A stretch of 64,000 nucleotides of DNA from Candidatus Hermodarchaeota archaeon (GCA_016839805.1 JAEOTO010000006.1:1-64000); one strand, 5' to 3'; counted from the first letter of the stretch, positions 28,744 through 38,755 are shown. Notes: generated by a model from the letters alone, not told the origin. Made by a program: numbers and translations.

Positions 28744-29952
28744 ATGAGCCATTTCATTGATGAAGATGAGATACGGCGTTTGAGTAGGCGTATTGCAGAA
28801 GAGTTCGAATCCACTTACGGCACTTTAGATGAAAAGGTTGCCCGTGTTCCAGATGATGCCGCAGCAGCGATTTCAGATGAATGTTGTGTTCACCTTGAAG
28901 TTGCTCGCGTAGCCTATCGTATCATGTTAGACGGTGTTATTCCTGAACCCAAATCGTCATGTAGAATATTAGTGCAGGAATTTGACCGTCGAGCTAAACA
29001 CGGAAGCCCTGTTCCCGAAATTAATACATATATGCGCGAAGTGGCTATTACTGAAGGGAAATGGATAGAATATCTATATGGTGAGTTAAACAAAGTTCTC
29101 CTAGCTGATCTTCGAAACTTAGCAAATCTTGAACGCACAATCGCTGATGAAATCGAACCCGCCAACGAGCGAGTGATTGCTGTGGTTGCTCAACGGCGGA
29201 AAATCGTGGAAGGTTATTTTACATCACTAATTCAGCGCTGGTTGCGGGATCATCGTGGCGCAAACATTGGGCACGCTGTACGTGCCATCACGGGGGGATT
29301 AACTAGTTCATTTGAATCCGACATTGACGATGCCATTAACGGAGCACGTGCATCTCTTCTCATTAAGCTTAGACGTTATGAAGAATTTCTCAGCCGAGAT
29401 GAAGAAGAGGAGGACGAATCTCGCCTAACAGAGAAAATTTTGGGCGATATTCGTGATTTAATCAAAGAAGTACAAGGATCCCTTGAAATTATATCACTGA
29501 ACACCGCAGGTGAAATATTAATAGAGGTTTCACCTCCTCCGCTAGAATCGATAGATGAAAAACCAAAATTTGGGTTTATCACTGCGCCATTTCCTGCACG
29601 ACCACAAATCGGACCGCCAATGCAGACACCTTTGGATTATCTTGAACGTGATATTTGGCTAGCCTCAATGAAACCTCCTGATGAAAGAACGCCATTTCTC
29701 CGGGCAAAAATAACAGCAGTAACCAATAACCTAATTGAACAAGGCACCCCATTGGACAAAATTGGTACCACGATCATATTCGATTTGGATAGCCGTTTTT
29801 CATGGACGCGATCGAAGAAAACCGGAGTACGAAGAGATTTAAGAGAAATCCGCGATTCGGCTGGCGAAGATTATCGAACACAAATAGAGACTTATGTATT
29901 AGAAAATATTCTTGCAAAAATCCCCGAACTACGCTCAAGTACCACTGATTAA
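28744..29952 (+). CDS. Hypothetical helical protein
   Basis: 402-aa ORF with GGAGTGA RBS-like sequence upstream; no recognised family. Confidence 0.8.
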   Translation: MSHFIDEDEIRRLSRRIAEEFESTYGTLDEKVARVPDDAAAAISDECCVHLEVARVAYRIMLDGVIPEPKSSCRILVQEFDRRAKHGSPVPEINTYMREVAITEGKWIEYLYGELNKVLLADLRNLANLERTIADEIEPANERVIAVVAQRRKIVEGYFTSLIQRWLRDHRGANIGHAVRAITGGLTSSFESDIDDAINGARASLLIKLRRYEEFLSRDEEEEDESRLTEKILGDIRDLIKEVQGSLEIISLNTAGEILIEVSPPPLESIDEKPKFGFITAPFPARPQIGPPMQTPLDYLERDIWLASMKPPDERTPFLRAKITAVTNNLIEQGTPLDKIGTTIIFDLDSRFSWTRSKKTGVRRDLREIRDSAGEDYRTQIETYVLENILAKIPELRSSTTD

Positions 29953-29970
29953 TAAAAAAGATGTGGCTTT

Positions 29971-30741
29971 ATGATTGAACAAAACCCGCCCCTCCTTTGG
30001 GTTTTAGATTATGTAATTCCAGACTTCAAAATACTTGGCGAAACTATCACAATGAAGGGTGAATTACTCATTGCTTCTCGCCAACTATTTAGTTTTCTCC
30101 AAGAAGAAATTGTGAGGTCAGCATTTATCGGTCCAGGCGTCATCAAAGGGCAGGTAATGCTTAAGGAAAAACCTGTTGATGTCGAATATCTTGTTGGCGC
30201 AGTAATCTTCGATCCTACTCAGATGCGCCCTCGTGAGCCGATTCCCGTTCTCGACATACTGAATCCAGAAATATTGGATCCATTAGAACAAGCCACGATT
30301 GAGCAAGTCCAAGAAATTTTCCGAACACTTGTTGTGAAGAAGGGGTCTGTTTCAGACTCAGGTCAGATTCTGACAATAACCACTGAAGGAGGGTTGCCTC
30401 GAACGTTAATTGCTGAAGAACACATGGCGGCTAAGAATATTACCCTCGTTTCAGGCATGAAGAAAGCCCGTTTTCTACTGGGCGGGCAGAAGAACCGTCT
30501 TTATTTACCTTTCAAAGAAGGATTACAACGAAATCGGTTTAGTGATGCAAGTAAAATCTGGACGTTTCGAATTGATACTAAAGAGTTTGAAGCATTTGAT
30601 CCAGCGAAATTCGGTGAGTGGATTATTATTGAAATGCAACCGGATCCTGCATCAGCTTCAAGTTCGAGTCAAGTTGTTGAATCGGAGTTCAACTCAATTC
30701 TTACCTATTTGATTGGCAATCAAAAGTATTTCATTTTTTGA
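29971..30741 (+). CDS. Hypothetical protein
   Basis: 256-aa ORF 18 nt downstream of the previous gene. Confidence 0.75.
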   Translation: MIEQNPPLLWVLDYVIPDFKILGETITMKGELLIASRQLFSFLQEEIVRSAFIGPGVIKGQVMLKEKPVDVEYLVGAVIFDPTQMRPREPIPVLDILNPEILDPLEQATIEQVQEIFRTLVVKKGSVSDSGQILTITTEGGLPRTLIAEEHMAAKNITLVSGMKKARFLLGGQKNRLYLPFKEGLQRNRFSDASKIWTFRIDTKEFEAFDPAKFGEWIIIEMQPDPASASSSSQVVESEFNSILTYLIGNQKYFIF

Positions 30742-30745
30742 GGAT

Positions 30746-33364
30746 CTAAGATCCTTGTAGCGGATGTTCTATGGCTTCAATTGCCTGAGTTGCGCTTTCT
30801 GCAAGTTCATAGCGGCCGATTACATCTGCAACTCGTTGAATCCCCTGGAGAATGTGAACTTGATTATCAAGAAAGCCAAAGATATCACCAGGGTAGATGA
30901 AGAGCTCATATTCTTTCAGAAATGTCGAGTTTATTTGCGAGGGTGTCATTCCTCGGTATCGCAAATCCAAGATAGCTTTGGAAAGATTCCAAATCCCACA
31001 ATCGCAAAATGGGCTTTCTTTGCAACGACAATTAAAGAAATTGACTGTCCATTTGCTGAATTGATTAAGGACCCATTGTGGTAGCCGTTTCAACCGGCGA
31101 CTACGCTTTGCGCTCATCAGATCAAGAACTGCACCTGCAAACAACCGGGTTGCAAATCGGGTTCGGAGTGCTCGTTCAATCTCGCTTTGAAGGCGTGGTG
31201 ATAGGTAGACGTTCCTAATGGGTTCAAGTTTGACTGAGAGGTCATCGGCACCATGATGGTAATACTCCTGAATCGCTGCGACGTTTGATGCAGAAAAATA
31301 TGAAATCGACGCAGCCCTCCCTAACTCAGTTGACATAATATTCTCACCATTTTGCGTTGCAAGATGATGGCGTTTTAGAAATTTCAATCCTTCATCGAAA
31401 GTTACCGTTCTTGAGAGAAGCCGTTGATACGAGTTGTCTAGACGTTTTCGTGAAATTTGGTTAAAACATGATAAAGTTGCAAGGAGTTGATCGACAGTTT
31501 GTTCAAATGTGGCTTCTGGTCGCACATCTTCAATTGGATTATTCAGTAAATCGAGGGCAACATCCTCTTCGGTTTTAGGTTCATCACCAAAATATCGTCG
31601 ACCAATCTCTGCCAATAACACCGCTTTTCCAGCGTCGTGTTTCCCGAGTCTTCCTGCCCTTCCAAGCATTTGCGTAAATTCGCCTACGCTTAGGGTTTTG
31701 GTTCCCATCATTAGGCTTTGGAAAATAACTGTACTGGCTGGAAAATCCACTCCTGCTGCTAAGGCTGCAGTAGTCACTACAACCGCAATTTTTCCATCCG
31801 CGAACGCTTCTTCGATTTTATGACGTTGGAGGTAAGTCATACCTGCATGGTATGCTCTGGCAGGAATTCTTTGCTTCTGAAGATCTGTGGCTATCGAATG
31901 AGTACTACGACGGGAATTCGTGAAACAAATTGTTTGCCCACGGAAACCATAGGAACTCTTCTGCCGATATTCAGCTTTGCTAATATCTGCAATCATCCGT
32001 AGTTTATCGGGTTCAGTAAGCACCATTATCAAATGGCGTTGTAAAGGTACGGGTCGACCTCGAAGGATAACAGGAACCAATTGTAGTTCCTGTGCTAACT
32101 CCTTAGGATTACCGACTGTGGCTGAAAGGGCTACAAGTTGAGCCTTGGGGAAAAGCGTTCGGATACGGGAAATCAATCCGTCAAGTTCCGGTCCTCGATC
32201 CTCATCTGCCACCATTTGAATCTCATCGATGACAACAACACCTACATCTCCGAACTGATCACCCTTACCTGATCGTAGTAAATAATCAAATCCTTCATAG
32301 CTTGCTACAATAATATCCGCATCGCTTACTTCGTCGTCAACAATTACTAGGGCTTCATCTCCCACATCAATCGAACTCATTCCTACACGAATCGCCACGC
32401 GTAATCCCAAAGCCTCGTATTTGTCGCGATATTCATGATATTTTTGATTCGCCAAGGCCACTAGCGGTGACAGGTAAATGTAGATTTTGCCCTGCATGGC
32501 TGCTTTCAGTCCAGCCAGCTCACCAACTAGCGATTTTCCACTAGTTGTATCCGAGACTGCGAGAATCGGTTTACTATCAAAAAGACCAGCTTTCACTGCT
32601 TTTGCCTGAATTGGTAGCAAAAACTCAATTCCATACCTAGCCAGGACTTGGGTGACTTTAGAGGGCAAAGGAAGTGATTTAATTGGAATCTTGGCTTCTG
32701 GCTCTTTCACTGCATGGACTTGGTCATATAGAGTCATTGCAGGATTTTGACTGGGTCGAAACTGGGAGGACAAAAAGGATGCTACTTTTTCAATAGAGCG
32801 TAATCTCCGAAGCATCGTATCGAGACTTCCGTAGGCTTTCTTGGATACCTGTACATCCATCGCCTGAAGCCGATTTGATAATTCGCCTGACGCACACTTG
32901 TAACATACTGGTTGCCCTTCCATTTGGAAGACCTGCTGACGACGTAACATCGTCAACCGTCCATCCGTAATACACGAAGTACACGCTCGTACAATGACTG
33001 GGTCCTTGACACCGAAATCCCGCAACATTCCCTTCAATTCTATAAGAAATGGAAACCGTGGGTACCGAGGAATCGTAATATATTCGGCACTTCGCAACCA
33101 ATTCACAAAGGTTCGTGGGTCAACCGGTCGAACTCCTCCCTTCTGCACAAACCACAATTTCTGTGGACGTAACCGTCCTTTTTTCATTTGAAATTGAACC
33201 CGAGCCCGTAAAATTGGGACTGACGACCGTTTTGGTCGAAATATCACAACAAATGCTGCCAGCTCTCGCTGCTTTTCAGGAAAAAGAGCCAACCCAAACG
33301 GAGGTTTCAACGGACGCATACCCAAACACAATATAATACGGCTTTCGCAAGGAACTCCTGACAA
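30746..33364 (-). CDS. Archaeal Ski2-like DEAD/DEAH helicase (DUF5814-type C-terminus)
   Basis: TTSGKS, PLVALANQKY, DEIQ, SAT, YHAG, QMLGRAGR, CRCKESPFCDCG; real start probably downstream of 33364. Confidence 0.9.
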   Translation of the reverse strand: MSGVPCESRIILCLGMRPLKPPFGLALFPEKQRELAAFVVIFRPKRSSVPILRARVQFQMKKGRLRPQKLWFVQKGGVRPVDPRTFVNWLRSAEYITIPRYPRFPFLIELKGMLRDFGVKDPVIVRACTSCITDGRLTMLRRQQVFQMEGQPVCYKCASGELSNRLQAMDVQVSKKAYGSLDTMLRRLRSIEKVASFLSSQFRPSQNPAMTLYDQVHAVKEPEAKIPIKSLPLPSKVTQVLARYGIEFLLPIQAKAVKAGLFDSKPILAVSDTTSGKSLVGELAGLKAAMQGKIYIYLSPLVALANQKYHEYRDKYEALGLRVAIRVGMSSIDVGDEALVIVDDEVSDADIIVASYEGFDYLLRSGKGDQFGDVGVVVIDEIQMVADEDRGPELDGLISRIRTLFPKAQLVALSATVGNPKELAQELQLVPVILRGRPVPLQRHLIMVLTEPDKLRMIADISKAEYRQKSSYGFRGQTICFTNSRRSTHSIATDLQKQRIPARAYHAGMTYLQRHKIEEAFADGKIAVVVTTAALAAGVDFPASTVIFQSLMMGTKTLSVGEFTQMLGRAGRLGKHDAGKAVLLAEIGRRYFGDEPKTEEDVALDLLNNPIEDVRPEATFEQTVDQLLATLSCFNQISRKRLDNSYQRLLSRTVTFDEGLKFLKRHHLATQNGENIMSTELGRAASISYFSASNVAAIQEYYHHGADDLSVKLEPIRNVYLSPRLQSEIERALRTRFATRLFAGAVLDLMSAKRSRRLKRLPQWVLNQFSKWTVNFFNCRCKESPFCDCGIWNLSKAILDLRYRGMTPSQINSTFLKEYELFIYPGDIFGFLDNQVHILQGIQRVADVIGRYELAESATQAIEAIEHPLQGS

Positions 33365-33410
33365 GGCTTATTAGTCTTATCTTACTCTAAGGAGGCAGGG
33401 GACTTAGTGA

Positions 33411-34106
33411 ATGCCATCAATTGAAATCTTCCCCGGAGTGCTATCCCTTATTCTCAGCAGGGCAGCCCGTGCAGGACGGACTGAAATTGGTGGCTTCCTC
33501 TTCGGAAAACTCCAACGTAATCGGCTCCTCATTACTGGTGCGACCTTCCCACAACAACACGGAACACGTACCCATGTAACCATAAACGATCTAGACATGG
33601 CTCTCCTTGCTGAAGAACTTGCCCAACGGGGTACTGGCGAAGTCATCATCGGCTGGTGGCATACCCACCCAGGATTGGGAGCGGGTTTTATGTCTAGCAC
33701 TGATATTTCGACGCAATTACGATACCAGGCGTTTTTCCCTGAAGCAGTTGCAGTAGTGATTGATCCTCTGAGATTTTCTGAATCTATGGATTTGGCAGAT
33801 TTGGATCTTCATGTGTATACTGTGGAGAAGCGGAAGGAGCGCGATTTAGAGTATATGTATGTGCAAGATCCAGAGGAAGTGATTCCCGATCTTTATGGTA
33901 TAATGATGACGCTAGAAGAGCCTGAGCACATGTTGTTTGAGGACACTTGGTTTGAGAAGATGTTGCGTGATGTGTTTGGGGAAGAGGTGACTACACCGGT
34001 GTTTACCTATCGATTAGGCGATTTTATGGAAGCAGCTGTGGTTATTGGAGCGATGATTTTTCTTGGTATCTTTGTCGCAATTGCACTGATGGGATTGGTT
34101 GTGTAG
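33411..34106 (+). CDS. JAMM/MPN+ metalloprotease (Rpn11/CSN5-like) with C-terminal TM helix
   Basis: EIGG, GWWHTHPG...S..D, AVAVVIDP; ends AAVVIGAMIFLGIFVAIALMGLVV. Confidence 0.88.
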   Translation: MPSIEIFPGVLSLILSRAARAGRTEIGGFLFGKLQRNRLLITGATFPQQHGTRTHVTINDLDMALLAEELAQRGTGEVIIGWWHTHPGLGAGFMSSTDISTQLRYQAFFPEAVAVVIDPLRFSESMDLADLDLHVYTVEKRKERDLEYMYVQDPEEVIPDLYGIMMTLEEPEHMLFEDTWFEKMLRDVFGEEVTTPVFTYRLGDFMEAAVVIGAMIFLGIFVAIALMGLVV

Positions 34107-34187
34107 AATCGCCTAATGTATCACTGGCTATTTTTTCATGATTAAGTGAATTTCATTTCGGATTTAGAAAATTAAAATAAATTGATA

Positions 34188-34889
34188 TTACTCGGGTTCA
34201 TCAAATCCGAGGGCTTTCAGAGCGGCAAGGATGGCTTCTTTATCGTCAACGGAAACGTCATCGACTTCAGAGCTAGCTTCGGAGACGCTCACCGTTTCAA
34301 GACCGGTTCCTTCTACAGGAGCAATAGTGGGCTCTGCTGCAACAGTTTCGGGTTCTGCGGTTTCTGCAGGTTCTGGGATTAGGTCTGGAGGTGTGGGTGT
34401 TTCTGCAGGTTCTGGTTCAGTGAATGCCTCGGCAGCTGCAATGGGTTCAGAGGCTGCTGCTGGCATTTTACGGAACCCAAGGAGTTGGTCGGGTTCTAAG
34501 GGATGGGATTCCATGATTTTGGTCACTTTGGTTGCATAAATTTTCATTAATCCGATATAGTAGCCCAGTCGAATTTGATCTCGGCTAGCGCCAACCAAGA
34601 GGGTTTCGGGGGTCCCTCGCATGATAATGGTGAAACCTTTGTTTCCTCTTAGTATCACCTCGGATAAAGTACCTTGACTTAATTGTCGAAGCGTTTCTTC
34701 GCCAACATTAACTAGCGTGGCTGTCGCTGCAGAAAAAATATCCGAGTCCACATCACCACTAACCGCACAAGCGAGCCGAATACCCTCACGAGTAACTACA
34801 GCAAGAGCTTCTAATCCAGTTGATTGCTCGATGCGTCGCATTAAATCCTGTAAATCTTTAAAGGGAGTCTCAGCCATCGTCCAACTCAC
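34188..34889 (-). CDS. Roadblock/LC7 protein with acidic Pro-rich tail
   Basis: AVVTREG..LA, SAATATL..G, L.QG.L.EVILRG.KG roadblock pattern; then E/P/A/T-rich linker and terminal helix. Confidence 0.85.
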   Translation of the reverse strand: MSWTMAETPFKDLQDLMRRIEQSTGLEALAVVTREGIRLACAVSGDVDSDIFSAATATLVNVGEETLRQLSQGTLSEVILRGNKGFTIIMRGTPETLLVGASRDQIRLGYYIGLMKIYATKVTKIMESHPLEPDQLLGFRKMPAAASEPIAAAEAFTEPEPAETPTPPDLIPEPAETAEPETVAAEPTIAPVEGTGLETVSVSEASSEVDDVSVDDKEAILAALKALGFDEPE

Positions 34890-35081
34890 TCTGTGAACCT
34901 GTCTTGATTGTTCTCTCCCCTGTTTCCTATATCAACCTTGCTGTACCCATAGCTAGAGTTTTCATCGGGTTGCGAGCGTCTAAAATTTAGTGATGCAAAA
35001 AGATTACTTTCAGTTTCCCCTACTAGTCAAGGGTTTGCTTGAACGTATTGGAGTTTAAATATCTTCTGCGAGAATCGCAAA

Positions 35082-36194
35082 GTGGGACAAGTAACCATGG
35101 CGTCCTCTGTTAATGCGCTCTTCAACGTGAACTATTTACCAACTCGGCTTCTGCATCGAAATCAGGAACTTATAACACTTACAAACCTCTTCAACTCTAA
35201 GGAAGGCACAACTGAACCGATCAATATTTTGGTGCATGGCAGCTTTGGCATAGGTCGTACCACTCTTCTCCGCTTCTTTGGGCAACACGAGTTAAGCATT
35301 TACCACCGCCCGTTCATTAATTTCCAACACAAAGAAACAGATGAAATCATAGACGATACACTTCATGCCCTACTCCCCACTGCTAACAATTCCATACCTT
35401 CTCTCGAACAATGGACTCTGATTAAACGGCTGATTAGGAAGGCTGAATCGCCCCTTGTTTTCACTTTTGATGACGTAAACTCTCAAACAATGAAGATCTA
35501 TAGTAAATTCATCAAGGTGTGCAAAGAAAACGGTGTCTCCTCAATGGCTACAGCACCTCTCTACTTTCCCCGCCAACTCGATGGCGAGATATCACGGTTT
35601 CTTGATGTTTCTCTCGAGTTAGAGCCTTTTTCCGATCATCAATTTCTGGACATCATTAAACAACGTGTGGCTGAAGTTTTTCCTCATCCAGTTCACTCAC
35701 AAGTTACCGAATTCATGGCCGATATTATTTGTATGTTAGATTTCCAACGTCCCGCTACTGTCGTTGAATTACTCCAAAATCTACATCCTCTGATTTCCCA
35801 TACACAAGTTATTACTGCGAACAAAATCCGTCAGGCTTGTCTAAATTCACGAACCTTACACTATGATTTTTGGAATGGTCATCTCTCGAGTCTCACTGAA
35901 TTAGATGCAACGACTATCCTTTTGCTCCAAGCTGTTGGGTTATACTTCACCAATAATCCTGGTCACATATACGTAAGACAATCTAGTTTATTCAATCAGT
36001 ATCAGCAAGTTGCAGAGGGAATAGGGTTTCGTTCAACATCCTCGCAGTTCTTTAGAGCATTGAATACGCTTCTATTTCAAGATCTCTTACTCCGATCTCG
36101 TTATGACTCTCAGAATTACTTTACCCTCCTTCCTGCTGAGGGTTACATCGAAATCGTTGAGTTGCTTCTTGGTGAATACCAACTAGAACAGTAG
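35082..36194 (+). CDS. Divergent Orc1/Cdc6-like AAA+ protein
   Basis: YLP.RLLHR..EL, Walker A GSFGIGRT (K to R), FTFDDV, PFS..QF.DII.QR, C-terminal wHTH; probable start 35097. Confidence 0.78.
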   Translation: MGQVTMASSVNALFNVNYLPTRLLHRNQELITLTNLFNSKEGTTEPINILVHGSFGIGRTTLLRFFGQHELSIYHRPFINFQHKETDEIIDDTLHALLPTANNSIPSLEQWTLIKRLIRKAESPLVFTFDDVNSQTMKIYSKFIKVCKENGVSSMATAPLYFPRQLDGEISRFLDVSLELEPFSDHQFLDIIKQRVAEVFPHPVHSQVTEFMADIICMLDFQRPATVVELLQNLHPLISHTQVITANKIRQACLNSRTLHYDFWNGHLSSLTELDATTILLLQAVGLYFTNNPGHIYVRQSSLFNQYQQVAEGIGFRSTSSQFFRALNTLLFQDLLLRSRYDSQNYFTLLPAEGYIEIVELLLGEYQLEQ

Positions 36195-36214
36195 ATTGTG
36201 AACAGAGAAGCGTT

Positions 36215-36799
36215 TTAATTACTGGATTGGTTTTTTACGAGTGCCCGTGCCAGAATGCGTGCTACTCGAATCGGTTCTGGAATTCCTCCAAAGCGGGTGA
36301 ATCTTTTTAACACTCCTTTTACAATCTGCTTTTTACAACCAATGAATTGTCCATAGACTATATGCTGATTACTGAGTGAAAAGGACTGGATCTCACCATT
36401 TCGACGATAAACTTTCAACCGCTCCTTCCAACCTGAAGGAAAGGTCGATTTCAAATGGGCTTCTAAATCCTCTTGGGGCTCTCCTGTAATACTAATCACA
36501 GGAAGATTTGTTGCTTCGTGCACTTCTGCTAAGTTAATAATATTGTACCCAGCAAGTATACAACCATGAATCATGATGCCATTCAAATCAGCTCTCGCCA
36601 GCCGTTGAACCATACCAATTATCGTATCTGTCGCATCCATTCCCCTAACCGTCACTTTCGACCATACTATTCCGTCAATAATCAAATCCGCACGTATCAC
36701 TATACCGCCAAGTACGGAGTGACTGGCTCCCATTAGTCCACTTTCTGCTATACCTAATAAACGAGCAGCTGGTTTCAATAATGAGGTTTCAGGAGTCAC
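36215..36799 (-). CDS. DUF99 (endonuclease V-like) protein
   Basis: LGIAES, G.DATD, AGYNII, PEPIRVA. Confidence 0.85.
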   Translation of the reverse strand: MTPETSLLKPAARLLGIAESGLMGASHSVLGGIVIRADLIIDGIVWSKVTVRGMDATDTIIGMVQRLARADLNGIMIHGCILAGYNIINLAEVHEATNLPVISITGEPQEDLEAHLKSTFPSGWKERLKVYRRNGEIQSFSLSNQHIVYGQFIGCKKQIVKGVLKRFTRFGGIPEPIRVARILARALVKNQSSN

Positions 36800-36862
36800 T
36801 GCAAAACGCCGTATAAGATTACGACGTCCGGGAAGAAAAAGGGAAGGGGTGGAAGAGAACAG

Positions 36863-38380
36863 CTAGGCAGGAGCATTGATTTTCTTCCCTGGATGCTCCG
36901 TCTGCCATTCTTCCACAGGAATTGCAAATTTTTCTTCGATTTTTGCTCGGTGAAGGCTGTTCATCGCACAGAACGGTACAATTCGACCATCAGGAACAGC
37001 ATAATGAATACCACAGCGTTCAAGGCGTTCTAGGTCGAAATTGTAGGGATCTTGGAAATGCATCGAACCAATCATAATAATGCGTTCCATGAATTCAGCT
37101 AATGAGTCGTAGTCTTTTTTCCGTAAGAAATTATTAGCAAGGTTGAAGAGAAGTCCCTTCTTCTTGAAGAAGCGCATAGCACCAATGATTCCTCGCAAGG
37201 TACCACGGGTTTTCCTGCCTTTTTCATAATCAGTTGCCATTTTCTCCAGTGTACCAAGGAATTGTTCCACTTTCACATAATCAGTAATTGGTTTGTAGGT
37301 TCCATCTTCTTCGATGAGGATGAAGGTGGCCATTCCACAGGCAGGATGGGTTGAAAATTCGACTGCTGGTGCTCCACCTCGTGCACCAAGGGCGCGGGCT
37401 AGGGGAACTACGAAGGGTACTGGATACCAGTCAGTACGCTTGATTACACCGTCCGTTTGCTCTTCAGCAAGTTGCATTAAATCTGGGATGGTGATGCGCA
37501 TTTCTTGGCGTTTATCATAGTCGATTCGCCCGGTAATAGAGACTGGTTGAAAGTTGATACAGCGTATAATATCGTGATTTTCAACACCAAACCGGATGAT
37601 ATCCCCAATTTGTTCGTGGTTTACGCCACGAACAAGGGTTGGGACAAGTACAATGCTTCGAAGGCCCTCCTCACGACAGCGTTCTAATGCTTTTTTCTTT
37701 TGAGAAAGAAGGTTAACACCACGGGCAGCAAGATATGGCTCTGGAGTCACCCCATCAAACTGCATATAAACTGTGCTTAGTCCAGCTTCTGCTAGCTTCT
37801 TAGGATACCCTTTCTTCGTCAGCATAAGGCCATTGGTGGCAATTTCAACATGTGGAAAACCGGCGTCTTTTGCGGCTTTGATGATTTCAGGAAGATCCGC
37901 ACGCATTGTAGGTTCGCCACCAGCGAATTGAACGGCTGGCGCTGGAACAGGTCGATTTGCCCTTAGATTTGCTAGCATTTCCTTAATTTCGTCCATGCTT
38001 GGTTCATAGACGTAACCTGCCTTCCCGGCGTGGGCAAAGCAGATCGGGCATTCAAGGTTGCACCGGTTTGTAACATCAATTAGTGCAAGGCAAGTGTGGG
38101 TCTTGTGATTAGGGCAGAGTCCACAGTCATTGGGACATTGATTTACGGTTTCGGTTCTGGGGTTTTCAAGGCCAAGTCCTTTGTATGCAAAATTAAAGGC
38201 TCGGTGGAAATCTTCTGCGTTAGACCAATAAACATCTTTGAACTCACCATGTTCTTTGCACTTTTTTTGAATCATGACTTTGCCATCTTCTTCATAGACT
38301 TCTGCTTCAAGCGTGCAGAAGCATTCGGGACAGATGGACTTGGTAGTATAGGGGAGTTCTTTGGGGGCCATTTTTTCCAT
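36863..38380 (-). CDS. tes: Tetraether lipid synthase (GDGT-MAS/MJ0619 family radical SAM)
   Basis: SICPEC..KKCKEHG metal site, CPNDCGLCPNH, CNLECPIC, HPACG, RCGIHY..DGRIVPFC. Confidence 0.85.
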   Translation of the reverse strand: MEKMAPKELPYTTKSICPECFCTLEAEVYEEDGKVMIQKKCKEHGEFKDVYWSNAEDFHRAFNFAYKGLGLENPRTETVNQCPNDCGLCPNHKTHTCLALIDVTNRCNLECPICFAHAGKAGYVYEPSMDEIKEMLANLRANRPVPAPAVQFAGGEPTMRADLPEIIKAAKDAGFPHVEIATNGLMLTKKGYPKKLAEAGLSTVYMQFDGVTPEPYLAARGVNLLSQKKKALERCREEGLRSIVLVPTLVRGVNHEQIGDIIRFGVENHDIIRCINFQPVSITGRIDYDKRQEMRITIPDLMQLAEEQTDGVIKRTDWYPVPFVVPLARALGARGGAPAVEFSTHPACGMATFILIEEDGTYKPITDYVKVEQFLGTLEKMATDYEKGRKTRGTLRGIIGAMRFFKKKGLLFNLANNFLRKKDYDSLAEFMERIIMIGSMHFQDPYNFDLERLERCGIHYAVPDGRIVPFCAMNSLHRAKIEEKFAIPVEEWQTEHPGKKINAPA

Positions 38381-38510
38381 TTTGTGTAATCGCTCCTATG
38401 TGGTTACCACTCAGTAGTGGTGATTTTCTAGTGAATCGCACATGAGTTTCTTAAAAGGCTTTTCCGAAAAATCCGAGTAGGAGAACGATAGTTTAAGTCG
38501 GGTGAAAGTG

Positions 38511-38555
38511 TTTTTATATTACCCAGGTATACCCCAGGGTATGTCCCGGGTAATA
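38511..38555 (+). promoter_or_regulatory. TATA box followed by tandem palindromic operator-like elements
   Basis: TTTTTATA, then TACCCAGGTA / TACCCCAGGGTA / TCCCGGGTA; outer inverted repeat TATTACCC...GGGTAATA. Confidence 0.5.
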
Positions 38556-38738
38556 CGCTTGCATTTGGTCTCCGTAAAGCTTCCCAAAGCCTATGTAAAG
38601 GGGCTCGATACACTCGTTGAAAGAGGAACATATCCTACACGCAGTGAAGCGATTCGTGTGGCAATCCGTGATCTGCTCAAGCGGGAACTATGGATATCAG
38701 GGTCTCCTCTCACAATGCCTAGAAAAGCTGAGGACTAA
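38541..38738 (+). CDS. Ribbon-helix-helix regulator (CdrS/CopG-like)
   Basis: VSVKLP..Y...LD.LV..G.YPTRSEAIRVAIRDLLKRELW. Confidence 0.88.
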   Translation: MSRVIRLHLVSVKLPKAYVKGLDTLVERGTYPTRSEAIRVAIRDLLKRELWISGSPLTMPRKAED

Positions 38739-38755
38739 TATCAATATTTTAGGCA

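Noticed and set aside
34890-35096. Replication origin beside the Cdc6-like gene
   Set aside because: No ORB repeats or G-strings and no clear DUE in this short intergenic region.
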